NCBI GenBank assembly: GCA_043228905.1
Contig: JBHGNT010000006.1
Location: forward strand, 15,376,001-15,440,000
Length of the DNA stretch: 64,000 bases
DNA from: Azolla caroliniana
Lineage: Eukaryota > Plantae > Polypodiophyta
Direction of reading: 5' to 3'
The notes below the pieces were generated by a model. That model saw nothing but the letters and a program-made list of their open reading frames with translations. It did no database searches and was not told where the DNA came from. This document shows positions 12,033 to 23,446 of this stretch, one piece after another (within the stretch, counting starts at the first letter, position 1; the number at the start of each line of letters is the position of its first letter). The translations under genes were made by a program, and so were the position numbers.

Positions 12033-14882
12033 ATGGAGACCTTTTCATTTCGCGAGCCAAGAAGCACAGACGCACCAAGACAGTGGAAGCTGAGCAAACG
12101 CGAACCTGCACGCAGAGAACCCCCGCGCTCAGAACGCTCTGTCTCTCGCTCTCACTCTCATCACCACTCTACCTCGCCATCTTCCCTCGACCTTGAAGCA
12201 GACATGGAACCACAAACGCTGTCGGAAGCGGCCAGGAAATGGTTCAGGCAAAACGGACTGGAGGGGTTCTTGGCCATCATGGAGGCACCGCCGCACAGAG
12301 AAGCCGACCGGGTAATCAAGGAGCTCGCCACAGAGGTCATCACCGAGGAAGCGATCCGCGCGCTAACAGGCCTTCCGGAGGGAGGAATCTTTCAGATCGA
12401 TAACCCAACCTCGGAGCAACTCATCCGATATTTCGGTGAGTACTCTGTTGCCGGCAAAGGCTATCGGACGCAGGGCGGCGAAGATCCGCTATTCAGGGAG
12501 ATAGCTCGAGTGCTCCATGAGTACGGTCACGTGTACCCCCGACCCCCTGTCATGCCAAAAAATCGAGCAGGGATGATCATAGCCACCTATGAAGGGATCA
12601 AGGTGGACTGGCCGGTGTTGATTGCAGACGGGTTGTGCATGGCAATCGACATGGTACGAGGGAAGGACGGCAAGGAGGGCCGGAAGCTGTGGCACGCCGT
12701 AGCTCAATGGATAACATTGCTCGTGCCGCCGGTCGAGACCGTCCAGCCAAAGAAGCGGCCAAGACTATCGGAAGGAAGCACCTCGAAGCCGGCGTCCAAA
12801 CGACAGCAGTTGCTGGCGTCGAAGGCGACGAAAGGGAAGAAACGGGTCCCAGAACCGGAGGAGGTGTCACCGGTCCGACCCGTCAAGATAACCTTACGGA
12901 GACCGGGACAGAAGGAACCGGAACCCTCGACGGCACAGAAACATGCCGTGACACAGGAAGAGGAAACGGAGGAGCCAGAAGAGCACCTCCAACGACGGTC
13001 AAGAAGTAGGACCGCCGAGACAGGAGGGGAGCGGTCGTACCCGCGAGAGGCAGAAACGCCCCCAACTCAACCTGAGCAAACCACAAGGGAAGAACTGGAA
13101 CCGGTGCGTAGGGAACCGGTCTTGTCGACTTCTATGGAAGAAGTCAGTCCAACGGCTCCGGAGACGGCGAGAACCGGAACTCAACAGCCGGCGAGCCCAG
13201 CCAGAGCACACGGCGGCCAAGGAGTAGAACCAGAACGGCATATGCAGGCAATCAGGCCAGACAATTCCACAGTGAATGAGCCGACCCGACCAGTACAGCA
13301 ACAGGGCACCAGTAGCATGTGGCTACGGTGGGTAGGCGAGCAAATCGCCGGAGTGGTCGAGTATATAGAGGCGGAAGAGAGAGCGCACCAGGAACGGTTG
13401 CTCGTCACAACCGTAGATCTAGAGACGGCCCGGTCCAGAATCCGGAGCCTTGAACAAGACTTGGACAGGGTCACAAGGGAAACACAAGTCCAAGCACCGG
13501 TGACTCCGGGCAATGTACAGAATAAAGTGTCAGATCAACCTGTACATAGCAATCAGACGCCGGCAACGGGAACCGTTCCGGAGAGAAATGCGGCACAAGC
13601 CCAAGAGCTTGCGGATTTAAAGGATGAGCTTGCTGCCCAAGAAGCGCTGAGGAGCCGCGAAAGAGAACAGAAGACGGCAGCGGAGGCAGAACTCAAAAAG
13701 ACTGCTGAGAATCTACGCCGGGTCGAGGAGAGCTTACGGAAAGGCCACCAAGCGTACGACCGGCTCAAGGAGGAGAAGGAGAAAATGCTGCAAGAGAAGG
13801 AGAGACTCCGGAGGAACGCCGAAACAGAAGTAGAGCGCCTGAAAGAGGAACTCCGGCAGGTAAAGGACCGGGAGGACCGGAACCATCGCCAGATCAACGG
13901 CAAGCTCAAACTAAAAACAGAGGAATTTGAGAACTTGCACCGGGAGTATAAACGGTTGCAAACGGAGCACAAGGAACGGATGGATGAGCTCCGGCAAGCA
14001 GTTGATCGGACCTCAACCGCATTCGCCAAGGAACAAGCGGAAAACAGAAGACGATTGGAAGAGGCGGAGAAGGTTCGGACAGAGCTCCTCAGGCAACAGC
14101 AGGCGGAAAAAGGAAGAGCGGCGGAGGTACTGCAGAGGCTGCAAACGACATATCAAGGGCAGCTGACGCGCTACAGAGAGCAGGCGGAGGATACGGCAAA
14201 TCTCATCAAGCAGTTGAAGGAGGAGCGACAAGTGGTGGAAAGCAGAGCACAAATGGGAGCAAGTCGCATCCAGGATATCATGCGGGCCTGGTTGAACCAG
14301 ACCAAGAGCTTGATTGACAACGGCTCCGTCAAATGGTGGACCAAGTGGGCCACGAACGCGGCGGAACTCCAGTTGCTCCGGGCTGACGTAGAGAACCGGC
14401 GGAAGGAGGGAGATGATTGCTATATGCTGACTTCCGAAGACTTCACCGGCATAAGAGATGAGCTTGCCGAAGACTTTCAAGCCTTGGCAGAGGACCAACT
14501 AGAGCAAGTCCGGCAACTTGTAGCTCAGCTGGACGACGACAGGCTGGAGGCGCAGATCCAGTTTGAAAGCTACGAGAGGTCCTGGATCCGGGGAGAGAAA
14601 GAACGAGAACCAGTTACGGTCAACCTCAGTGATGAGGAACCGTTACTGGAAGGAGACCGGACCGGAAGCAGTCAAACAGAGATGCCGGAGCCAGAGAGAC
14701 AAACGGAGCAGCCGGAGTCAGCGAAACAAATGGAGCAACAGCAACAAGCAGAGCAGCCGGAGCAGCCTCAGGCCCAACCTCAACCACAGCAGCAGCAGGA
14801 AGCACAGCCGCAACAACCACAACCGGAAGAACAAGTGGAAATTCTTGAACAAAGTAATTTGGACAATTTGGGTGAACAATGA
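12033..14882 (+). CDS. Extra 3' ORF of A: conserved N-terminal domain, long coiled-coil-like region, Q/E-rich tail
   Basis: Open frame 11904-14882 with ATG at 11988 or 12033. Homologues in B, C and D. Confidence 0.8.
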   Translation: METFSFREPRSTDAPRQWKLSKREPARREPPRSERSVSRSHSHHHSTSPSSLDLEADMEPQTLSEAARKWFRQNGLEGFLAIMEAPPHREADRVIKELATEVITEEAIRALTGLPEGGIFQIDNPTSEQLIRYFGEYSVAGKGYRTQGGEDPLFREIARVLHEYGHVYPRPPVMPKNRAGMIIATYEGIKVDWPVLIADGLCMAIDMVRGKDGKEGRKLWHAVAQWITLLVPPVETVQPKKRPRLSEGSTSKPASKRQQLLASKATKGKKRVPEPEEVSPVRPVKITLRRPGQKEPEPSTAQKHAVTQEEETEEPEEHLQRRSRSRTAETGGERSYPREAETPPTQPEQTTREELEPVRREPVLSTSMEEVSPTAPETARTGTQQPASPARAHGGQGVEPERHMQAIRPDNSTVNEPTRPVQQQGTSSMWLRWVGEQIAGVVEYIEAEERAHQERLLVTTVDLETARSRIRSLEQDLDRVTRETQVQAPVTPGNVQNKVSDQPVHSNQTPATGTVPERNAAQAQELADLKDELAAQEALRSREREQKTAAEAELKKTAENLRRVEESLRKGHQAYDRLKEEKEKMLQEKERLRRNAETEVERLKEELRQVKDREDRNHRQINGKLKLKTEEFENLHREYKRLQTEHKERMDELRQAVDRTSTAFAKEQAENRRRLEEAEKVRTELLRQQQAEKGRAAEVLQRLQTTYQGQLTRYREQAEDTANLIKQLKEERQVVESRAQMGASRIQDIMRAWLNQTKSLIDNGSVKWWTKWATNAAELQLLRADVENRRKEGDDCYMLTSEDFTGIRDELAEDFQALAEDQLEQVRQLVAQLDDDRLEAQIQFESYERSWIRGEKEREPVTVNLSDEEPLLEGDRTGSSQTEMPEPERQTEQPESAKQMEQQQQAEQPEQPQAQPQPQQQQEAQPQQPQPEEQVEILEQSNLDNLGEQ

Positions 14883-14894
14883 AGGGGCCGAGAA

Positions 14895-14932
14895 GGGTTC
14901 GACGTACAAGGTACTGTCCCACGGGCGTGCCA
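14895..14932 (-). promoter_or_regulatory. Antisense PBS-like (tRNA-Arg(UCU)-like) motif at the PPT position of A
   Basis: + strand GGGTTCGA-13nt-GTCCCACGGGCGTGCCA ends 2 nt before the 3' LTR; minus strand reads TGGCACGCCCGTGGGAC. Present in B, C and D. Confidence 0.7.
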
Positions 14933-14934
14933 TG

Positions 14935-15354
14935 TGTTACCGGCCGGCAAGGAGTCCAAAATACGGAGTGAAGGAATTAATTAGATATGGTTGTAAATGA
15001 GCATAGTGTGGACGGACGGACTGGAAACGGTATGCCGTTCCAGATCCGGACGGATCCCGAATAGGTGCGAGAAGCACCGTTTTGTACTACGGGCCGGAAA
15101 CCTATTTAAAGGCCCGGACCCCATTGTAATGACAGCGGATAATTAATAGAGCTTATGTTGTTTATACTTCTGTCTTGGTTTCCGTTCTGTAATTACTGTT
15201 ATATCTTACGCGTGTAATTAACCGAAGCATTCTAATTGTGTAACCTATGTAAGTCGGTGTAATCGTTGAATCTTAATCCTATGCCGTAATCACCCTTTGG
15301 TGAAGTGTCTCCGTGACACCTTGTGTTAGGCCTTGTCCGGCTAAGAGAATAACA
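14935..15354 (+). repeat. 3' LTR of A
   Basis: Direct repeat of 5493-5912, followed by TSD TTCTG. Confidence 0.95.
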
Positions 15355-16995
15355 TTCTGCTCCGGTGTGTATCTACGGGAGAACTCTAGTCGGATTCCCT
15401 TGGTTTATAGCTAACTCGTGAACTGACCGGAAAAGTACTCTTTTCCGCTATCTGATCTCAGACACTTGGTCTTCCTTCCGGTTTCTTGTTCTACATGACT
15501 CTTGAAGTCCTAGAAGCACGAGAAGACTTCCCTCTTCTTCTCGATTATGTAGTGTTGCTCGACCGACAGCTGACTCTATGACCAATAATAGACAATAGAG
15601 TTGAACGTTCTTGTCATGAACATTCTATCAAAGAACTGTGGAAATGCGAATGGATTATACTAGATTAATCGTAACCTACAATACTATATTTTTGTATCGT
15701 GATCGACTATTTTAGTTAGTATAGTTATAGCAGAACAAAATTATAGAGAACAATATTATCGACACAAGTGCTTAGTATTCCTATAACTAAAAACTATAGT
15801 AACTAAAAACAGATGATAGTAGTACAATGCTTTTCAGCTCCTTTTTATAGTTAACCTGAAAGACTTCCTCATCAAGAACTACCTTTTCCCTTGTCAACAA
15901 TAACTACACAAAACTTCTAACTCCGTTAAATATTCGTAATTATTATTTAATCGGCAAAAACTGCTAACTCATCGATCCGACTCCAACTCTGTAGGTTTCA
16001 AACATTGTCGACTTCGAGGCTTTCATACTTGTCCCTCTCATTCTTTGACCAGCTAACACTTGGCATGCCCGTGGCCCAAGGCCTTGCCCGGTCGAACCCA
16101 CAGTAACAGACTACTCTTGATGGTTGATGTTAAGATCGTCGTCCAATTCCTCCTTGTTGTCGTCTTGCAAAATATCGAATAATGATGGTTCAGCTTCGTT
16201 GTCATTGTCGGTGTCGGTGTCGGTATCGTCGTCGGCGTTCTCCACGTCCGTGTTGTGGGGTGAGATCTGGTGTTTGACTTCTTCTGGTTTGTTCATAACC
16301 ATCCAACTAAACAGAAGTGTCGATTTCATGCTTACCAAATTCTTGCATAAGTTGAGTTATTTCTTCTCGATGACTAGCTGCCATATCATACAAATCTCGA
16401 GCAATCTCCCCCTGTACAATCAATATTGCTTCCTCTCTTATTTTAAAGAATCCTTGTCCTTGAGTTTTTCCATTATCCTTGTCACTCCGTAATAACTATA
16501 GCTCCACTGCTTGTGGTGACCAAGTCTTCCATCCTCTGTCTAATGAGTCGGATACTAGCTTCAAAGTGTTGATTCTGTGGCGTTTTAGTATTGCTTTAAT
16601 TTTTTCTTCACCCATACTCGCATTGTATTGTGTCGTGGCCAGTTGCTTGCGTAGATCTGTTATCGGTACATTGGTCCCTCCTTCTGCTTGCATGAGCTTT
16701 GCTTCGGCTACCAATAGGTCTAATCTTTTCTTTTCATACCTATCTTCTAATTTGGGTATAGCGGATTTGTAAATTAGAATTTGTTGATTCCCATTGCGCA
16801 TTTCTTCTTCATGCACCTCTTGTGTCATTGTAGCTTTGAGTTCGGCTTCGGCCATTTGGTTAGCAAAATAATCTTCCTAAAAGTGCACATACTCTTCTAA
16901 CTCAAGTATTTGTTCCTCCTATTGCCATTTTCCCTCCTACTGTTGCACTAATTGTCGTTTGAGTCGTTGTATTGCTTCGTCTTTTGCATCCAGCC

Positions 16996-17240
16996 ATTTA
17001 CCGATTTCTATTTTGCCCAAGAGTAGACGCTCTTCTATCTTCTTAGTTCTCGTTTCGGCTTCCTCTGCTCATGTTGTTGCAGTTCCGATTGCTGCTTCGA
17101 CTTCATGCAATTTACTGATTTACCGATTTCTATTTTGCCCAAGAGTAGACGCTCTTCTATCTTCTTGGTTCTCGTTTCGGCTTCCTCTGCTCGTGTTGTT
17201 ACAGTTCCAATTGCTGCTTCGGCTTCCTCTGCTCATGTTA
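16996..17240. repeat. Tandem duplication of about 122 bp in the extra ORF of D
   Basis: ATTTACCGATTTCTATTTTGCCCAAGAGTAGACG... occurs at 16996 and 17118. Confidence 0.8.
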
Positions 17241-20200
17241 ATGTAGTTCCCGATCACACTCTAAAAGCCTGTCAAGTACTTGGTGTACGAGCAATTGGTC
17301 TTCGGCTTGTTTCAATTTATCTTCTGTTTATCGGACTTCTATAACAACTCATCTTTATCGGCTTGCGTTTAATACGTCTGACGCCGCCGTTGCGTTTTTA
17401 TACAATTCAGCTATATCTTTGGCTGCTCTATTTGCTCGTTCGTATTCCCTATGGACTTCTACTAGTGCCTCATGTAAAGGAGGCATCTGGATGGCTTCTC
17501 CCCTATTTTTTGCATTGCATTGTTGGCCGATTCGGTCGGCTTCCTATTGTTCTTCCGGCTCAACAGCGCCAATCAATGACCTTTGGATCATGATTTGATC
17601 CTTGTGGTCTTGTGCCATTCTTTCCGACACTTCCTGTAATGTGCTAACCATTCTACCAATTCATAGGAGGTACTGAATTGTAGAATGTTTGCCAGCTCAT
17701 GTGCCGTCAGAGGAATTTCGGAAAAGTATAATGCTTCCCAAGGACTTGTGACTTATGATTTCCCTTTCTCAATCTGACTTGTGTCCTCTAGGTTGACACA
17801 AGTCTCCATTTGAGTTTGTTGAGGTTATTCATCCATTCTTTGCCTTTTTCAGAGAGGTTCTTCTTGCTTGTCCTATTGAAATCTCTGTTCCTTTTGTTTT
17901 ACGCGACGCATCCTTTCTCCAGTTGTTTGAGTCGGAACTTGCCCTGGTGCCGATGGCGGTTGTTCTATGTCTGAGGTTGGGTTTAGTTGTGGTTCTTGTG
18001 GGGTCAGTATTGGGGTTGGGGTTGGTGTTGGCCGAGCAGGTTGTGTTGTCTCCAAAATGGGTGAGGCTACCGATTCCCCTTGACATCGGATTGGTTCCAA
18101 CTAGTTTCCCTCAACTGGTGTCGATTTCGATTCGTGCCATTCTTCTCTTGGCACTGACTTCCTAGCTCGGGGTGTTGGTTGTCTTTGTACCACCCTTGCT
18201 CTCTTTTTAGGCATACAATAAAATCGAGGTCTGACAAAAGCTACTTCCAACATGAATTTGACGACCTCGTGGAAGAACTCATCTTCCCCTCCTTGTGTCT
18301 GATACGCTTTTGTCGGCGGAGTATACTCTCTGAAATACGATCTCAGCAAATCCTTGTCCATTTCCTATGCTGCATCAAACCCTTCCCTCTTCAAATTCAT
18401 CAATCGACGTACTTGTTTATTGGTAATCTTGGATATGTCAATTTGTTGAATAACTTCTATAGCTTGGGGATGTGGCTCTTTCAGGTATCCTTGCAGTCCC
18501 TTGTTGCTGAGCCATTGAGGAAGGTTGTTAGATACTGGAATCGACATGATTTCGTCCTTGTGAGAGATGTCAGATGTCTATAGTGATGGCGATGAAGGCT
18601 TCTGTTTGTAGAAAAACAAAGAAGAAAACTTTTGAGCTCTGAGGAGTTTTTGTTTCTGTGGTGACAGAGAATATGAAAGGGTAGGTTTAGGGAAATTAGA
18701 CATTTCATAGTGTCTAGGGAAAAGAAAATATACTATTAATGCTAGTGCCAGTCCACAAGTAGTAATAATAGGTCCACCACTCGTAATAAAAGTTGCATGA
18801 TTTGTGAGAACTTACTTTATAGTTTGAAACAAACCATGCCAAGAAGTAATCATGCTTGACAGTTAGTTCTGTTATATTTTTGCCACGTTTTTTTTTTAAA
18901 ACTTTCTCTACTATTTACATTTGTGACCTATGCCACATCACGTTGCGTCAAATTCCTTTCCAACCTGAAAGAGATTTTCCAGCATTGAACCCTGATAAGG
19001 TTTGAGTCGGAACCCATTTACCCATATTGGTAGGATCTCCCCTAAGATCGTGCTAACTTGATAACTTCCATTTCTGTTGTCGACAATCCATGATGGTCCT
19101 GTCCACTGGAATCGGAGTTTTCTCGGCATAGACCCATTTTAGTTTGAAAAACTAAAACTGGTTTTCGGATTGCAAATTGTTTCTCCGTTTGTCGTCTATG
19201 TCAGTCAACGAACATGCCTTTGTTTGTCGTTGTTTTTGCTCTAGTGCCGACATAGCTTGAATTCGACTTTCTTCTAACAGCAATAACTATTGTTTCCGAA
19301 CTTGTTCCAACTGCACTTCGTCCAACCTTTCGGTAACTTGTACCCAGAGTGTCGGAACTTGAAACTCTATCATCATTACTGCTTCCAAGCTGAATGCCAT
19401 CCTAAAGAGAGTCGATTTAATGGTTGTATTATATGAAGTTTGGTATGCCCATAAGGCACTATTTAGCTTTTGATCCCAATCCGTCCTATTCTCATTAACT
19501 ATTTTCTTTAGAATCATTTGCAGTGTTTTATTTGTGGATTCTACCAACCCATTCACTTGAGGGTAATATGGAGTACTTTTCTTATGTACTACTGCATAAT
19601 ATGTGGATAATTCATGTATAATTTTGTTAATGAAATGGGTACCTTGGTCATTTACTAATTCAATAGGACATCTGAATCGACACCATATATTTTCGTATAG
19701 GAATTTGGCAGTCGACGTTGTCGTGTTATCCCGCAAGGGTTTGGCCTCCACCCATTTCGTGCAGTAGTTTGTTGCTACTATGATATACCCATTTCTGGTC
19801 TTTAGAGCTACTGGTTTAAAGGTCCAACAAAATCTAATCCCCATTTTTGAAATGGTTGTATCTTTTTCTTTTGGTTGTCCGATTCTTTGGCATAAATCAC
19901 ATTGTCGACAATATTTGACTGCATCTTTTGTTGTTGTCGGCCACCATAACCCACTATTCCATAATTTTCTGGCCATTGCTTCCCCTACATAATGTCCACT
20001 AGCCATGCCACAATGAGTTTCTCGCAGGATTGCGCCTTTTTTCAAATTGTCGATCTCTGCGTCGCCAAATTCCATCAGCCCCTTGTGGTATAGAGTATTG
20101 TTTAAAAGAAAGAACTTTTGACTTCGAACAGCTAGTCATTTTCCTTCATCTATTGACATATGATCGGGCGGTAACACTGTTGTAAGAAAAATTGTCATTT

Positions 20201-23200
20201 CGATGATGCACACATCAGATGTTTCGTCATTCATCTCGTGAACCGGTATTATGTCGACCTGAAAAAGTTGTCCGTCGAGAAAATCATCTTGCAGTCCTGT
20301 TCCTTCTTCTCTTGATTCCAAACGGCTAAGGTAGTCCGCCACAACATGTTGTACCCCTGGTCAATGAAGGATGTCAAATTAATGATCGACATGAAAGGTG
20401 AACTTCTGCCCCAAAAGGTAATGCCAGAATTTATTAATATTGTACACCATTCCCAAACCTTCTCGTTCCATTGTTGAATAATTCCTCTCAGCCGTGGAAA
20501 GTTTTCGACTAGTGTAATATACTGGTCTATACCAGTTCAGTTCCGAAAGCTGCATTAGTGAGCTTCCGATTGATACTCCCGATGCATCAATGAACACATG
20601 AAAGCGTTTGTTCCAATCAGGAGGTTGCACAACTGGAACCTTAGAGAGCATTTTCTTTAGATAGGTGTATGCATCTTGTTTGACAGTCATCCACTAGAAA
20701 GGTGTTCTATGTACCGTTGTATGCAATGGTATTGCAATAACGGCAAGGTACCTAATCATTCGACTATGCCATCTTATTCGACCGAAGAACCGGCTAAGGG
20801 CTTTTGCATTTGTTGGTGCTGGTGCCTCCATTATTGCTTTGACTTTATCTGGGTCGACTACTATTCCTTCTTGATTCACAATATGCCCCAGCAGTGCACC
20901 AGTTGTTACTCCGAGAGCACATTTAGCCGGATTTAGGCTAAGCCGACCTTGTCGACAGTGTTCCAAACACAATTGTAAATGTTCAAAGTGTTCTATTTTC
21001 TGACTGTAGATAGCAAAATCATCTAGGAAGACTTCCATGAATGTAGGAATATAATGATTAAATATTTCTTGTATTACCCTTTGAAATGTGGTAGGAGTCG
21101 TCTTTACCCAAACATCATTACTACTGCCACTAATACTCCCCATTCTGTTACAAAAGCCGTTTTTTCATGATCATCTAGATGCATTCTTACTTGGTTGTAG
21201 CAACTGAAGCCATCTAAAAACTATAAATTTCGTGTCCGGCCACTGCATCCAGGACCCCGTCGATAAAGGGTAATGGAAACGCATCTGTTACGATAGTTGC
21301 ATTAAGTTTTCGGTAGTCGACACAAACCCGAATTTTGCCATTTTTCTTTGGCACTACCACGATTGGAGTTAACCACGTTTCCTTTTTAACTGATCTGATA
21401 AATCCAACTTTGAGCAATTTATTGATCTCTTCTTTCACTTTGATTGCATAGTTTGGGTTTAACCGATACCGTCGTTCTTGGACCGGCTTCATGTCTTTGT
21501 GAAGATTGATTTGATTCTAACAAAAGGCTGGATCCAATCCTTTCATGTCTTCGAATGACCAAGCAAATACATCTCTATAGTGTTTGAATAACGCTATGAG
21601 TCGTTCTTTGTCAGATGACAGCATTTACTTGGCAATCAGTATTGTTTTTGGCTCAAGCCCCTTGCCCTCATCGGCCAAATTTAATTCTGCCAGTGCCGAA
21701 GCTTGAACTCTTTGAGATACTTGCATTTCTTTTTCTGTAGCTTCTTGTTGGAGATGAATCTCCTTCATTGTTTGATCATCTATTGGAATGTCATTGTGCT
21801 TATCCTCGACATATGATGTAAGAGCTTGCAAAATGTCGACCTCGAACAAGGGAATAATTTTTAGATTGTCGTTGAAATAGTGATTTTCCTCTGTTTCATC
21901 CAATCCTTCCATCATATTGACTTTTTCTGCATGGAGTGGTAGACATTGTCGATTTGTACTGACCTTATCTTGAGTGGATACACTAATTTTATTTTTTCCT
22001 TTCTTGAATGTTAATATATTTTTATTCCAATTCTGTTTAATCTTTGCAATCTTTAACCATGGTCGACCCAATAATAAGGGATATGCTCCAGGAGCCTCCA
22101 AGTGAAGCACTACTGCTGATATTTGAAAAGTATGTCGTCCCATGATTACATCCACCTGTCGAATTAAGCCAAGTGGCTTGATTGTACGGGTGTCCGCCAT
22201 ACGTAACCAAAATGGACATGCATCCCATTTAGTAACACCTAACTAGTCACAGGTGGTTTTATTGATAACATTCACTCCTGATCCGCCGTCGACAAGTGTC
22301 CCGACTATCTCATGTCCATGGATTATTACTTTGATTGATGGGTTTTGCTTATCCATAATTGTTGAACCACTGCTTGGGTGACTATAATTAACGAATAGCT
22401 ATTCTACCCCTTTTTGTGTAATCAAAGTTTCTTCTTGCTCCTGTAATGGTACCGATCTGGTCTATTCCCTAACTTGGTCCTTATTTAATATTTCATTATC
22501 CTGCAGCATTCTGGAAACGTTATTTTTGTTAGCTTCTTCTACCCATTCTTTAGCTGCTTTTCGAACAACGTCCTGAACTACCCATTCTGATTGCTTACCT
22601 TTGTTTCAAGAGCCACCATATTAACAGTAGGTGCTTTTCCCTTGTCTTTAATCGGACATTGGTTTGCATAATGACCATCTTTCCTACAAATGTAGCAATT
22701 TGGAATCGATGAATCACTGGCCTCCCCCTGTTCATATTGTGAATGTCTAGCTTCGCTGAAGTTAGAGCTTTCTCTTTGAGAATCATGTTGAAATTGCCTA
22801 GCTACTTTTGTCTTATTAAATTTCTTGTTTGGTGGTCGATTATTATGTTTGCGGTTTTCCTGATAACGACCCCCTCTATATTGTTGTCGGTGACCATTTT
22901 CACCAGGTGGCGAGTAATCTTGATCCCGATTATTGCGATCATCTCTTCAATAATTATTTTGTCGAGCCTCCTCTCAACTTGAATCATAGCTATTATTTCA
23001 CCTATAATCATTCCAAATATTATCTTTATTCTGTTCTCGAGGCTCATCCCGACGATCTGAATAATATCAATTATCATATCGATCATCCTCATGAGATCGA
23101 TTAGTGAACTTGTTTTGGTTGTTCTAGTAAGCATCCTCTGGATGAATTTGTCTGTCGCCTTATTGAGAAAATTATATTCACATTGTTCTATAGAATGAGC

Positions 23201-23446
23201 TTTGGAAGACATATTGTGCAATGATTGCGCCGACTACATTCGATTGTTGAATGCCCAGTGTTTAGACAAGTTGTACATTGTATTGCTTGTCGAAATTGTA
23301 GCTCTTCCAGTGTCGGCAGATTATTGTGCAATGCCGACATATCCATACTTTTCTTATTTTTGTGAGTTCTATCTATAGTAAGTGCTTTATCAATCACTTG
23401 ATCAATTGACTAATTCCAAAAATCGAACACTGTTGGAGTTTTCCGT

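Larger units (their letters stand above)
5493..15354 (+). mobile_element. Full-length Ty3/gypsy element A (non-chromovirus, Athila-like), young
   Basis: 420-bp LTRs TGTTA...TAACA with one mismatch seen. TSD TTCTG. Gag-PR-RT-RH-INT plus a 3' extra ORF. No chromodomain or additional RNase H seen. Confidence 0.95.

Noticed and set aside
14881-14897. GAAGGGGCCGAGAAGGG as the PPT of A
   Set aside because: It ends about 38 nt from the LTR, is interrupted, and is not conserved in C or D, so it cannot define the LTR edge.
14916-14932. Self-priming of the 5' PBS by the 3' tRNA-like motif
   Set aside because: Only the terminal GCCA is complementary to TGGCGACCACG.
6228-14933. Many antisense and alternate-frame ORFs over A, and likewise B and C
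   Set aside because: Shadow ORFs of GC-rich coding sequence with no motifs.
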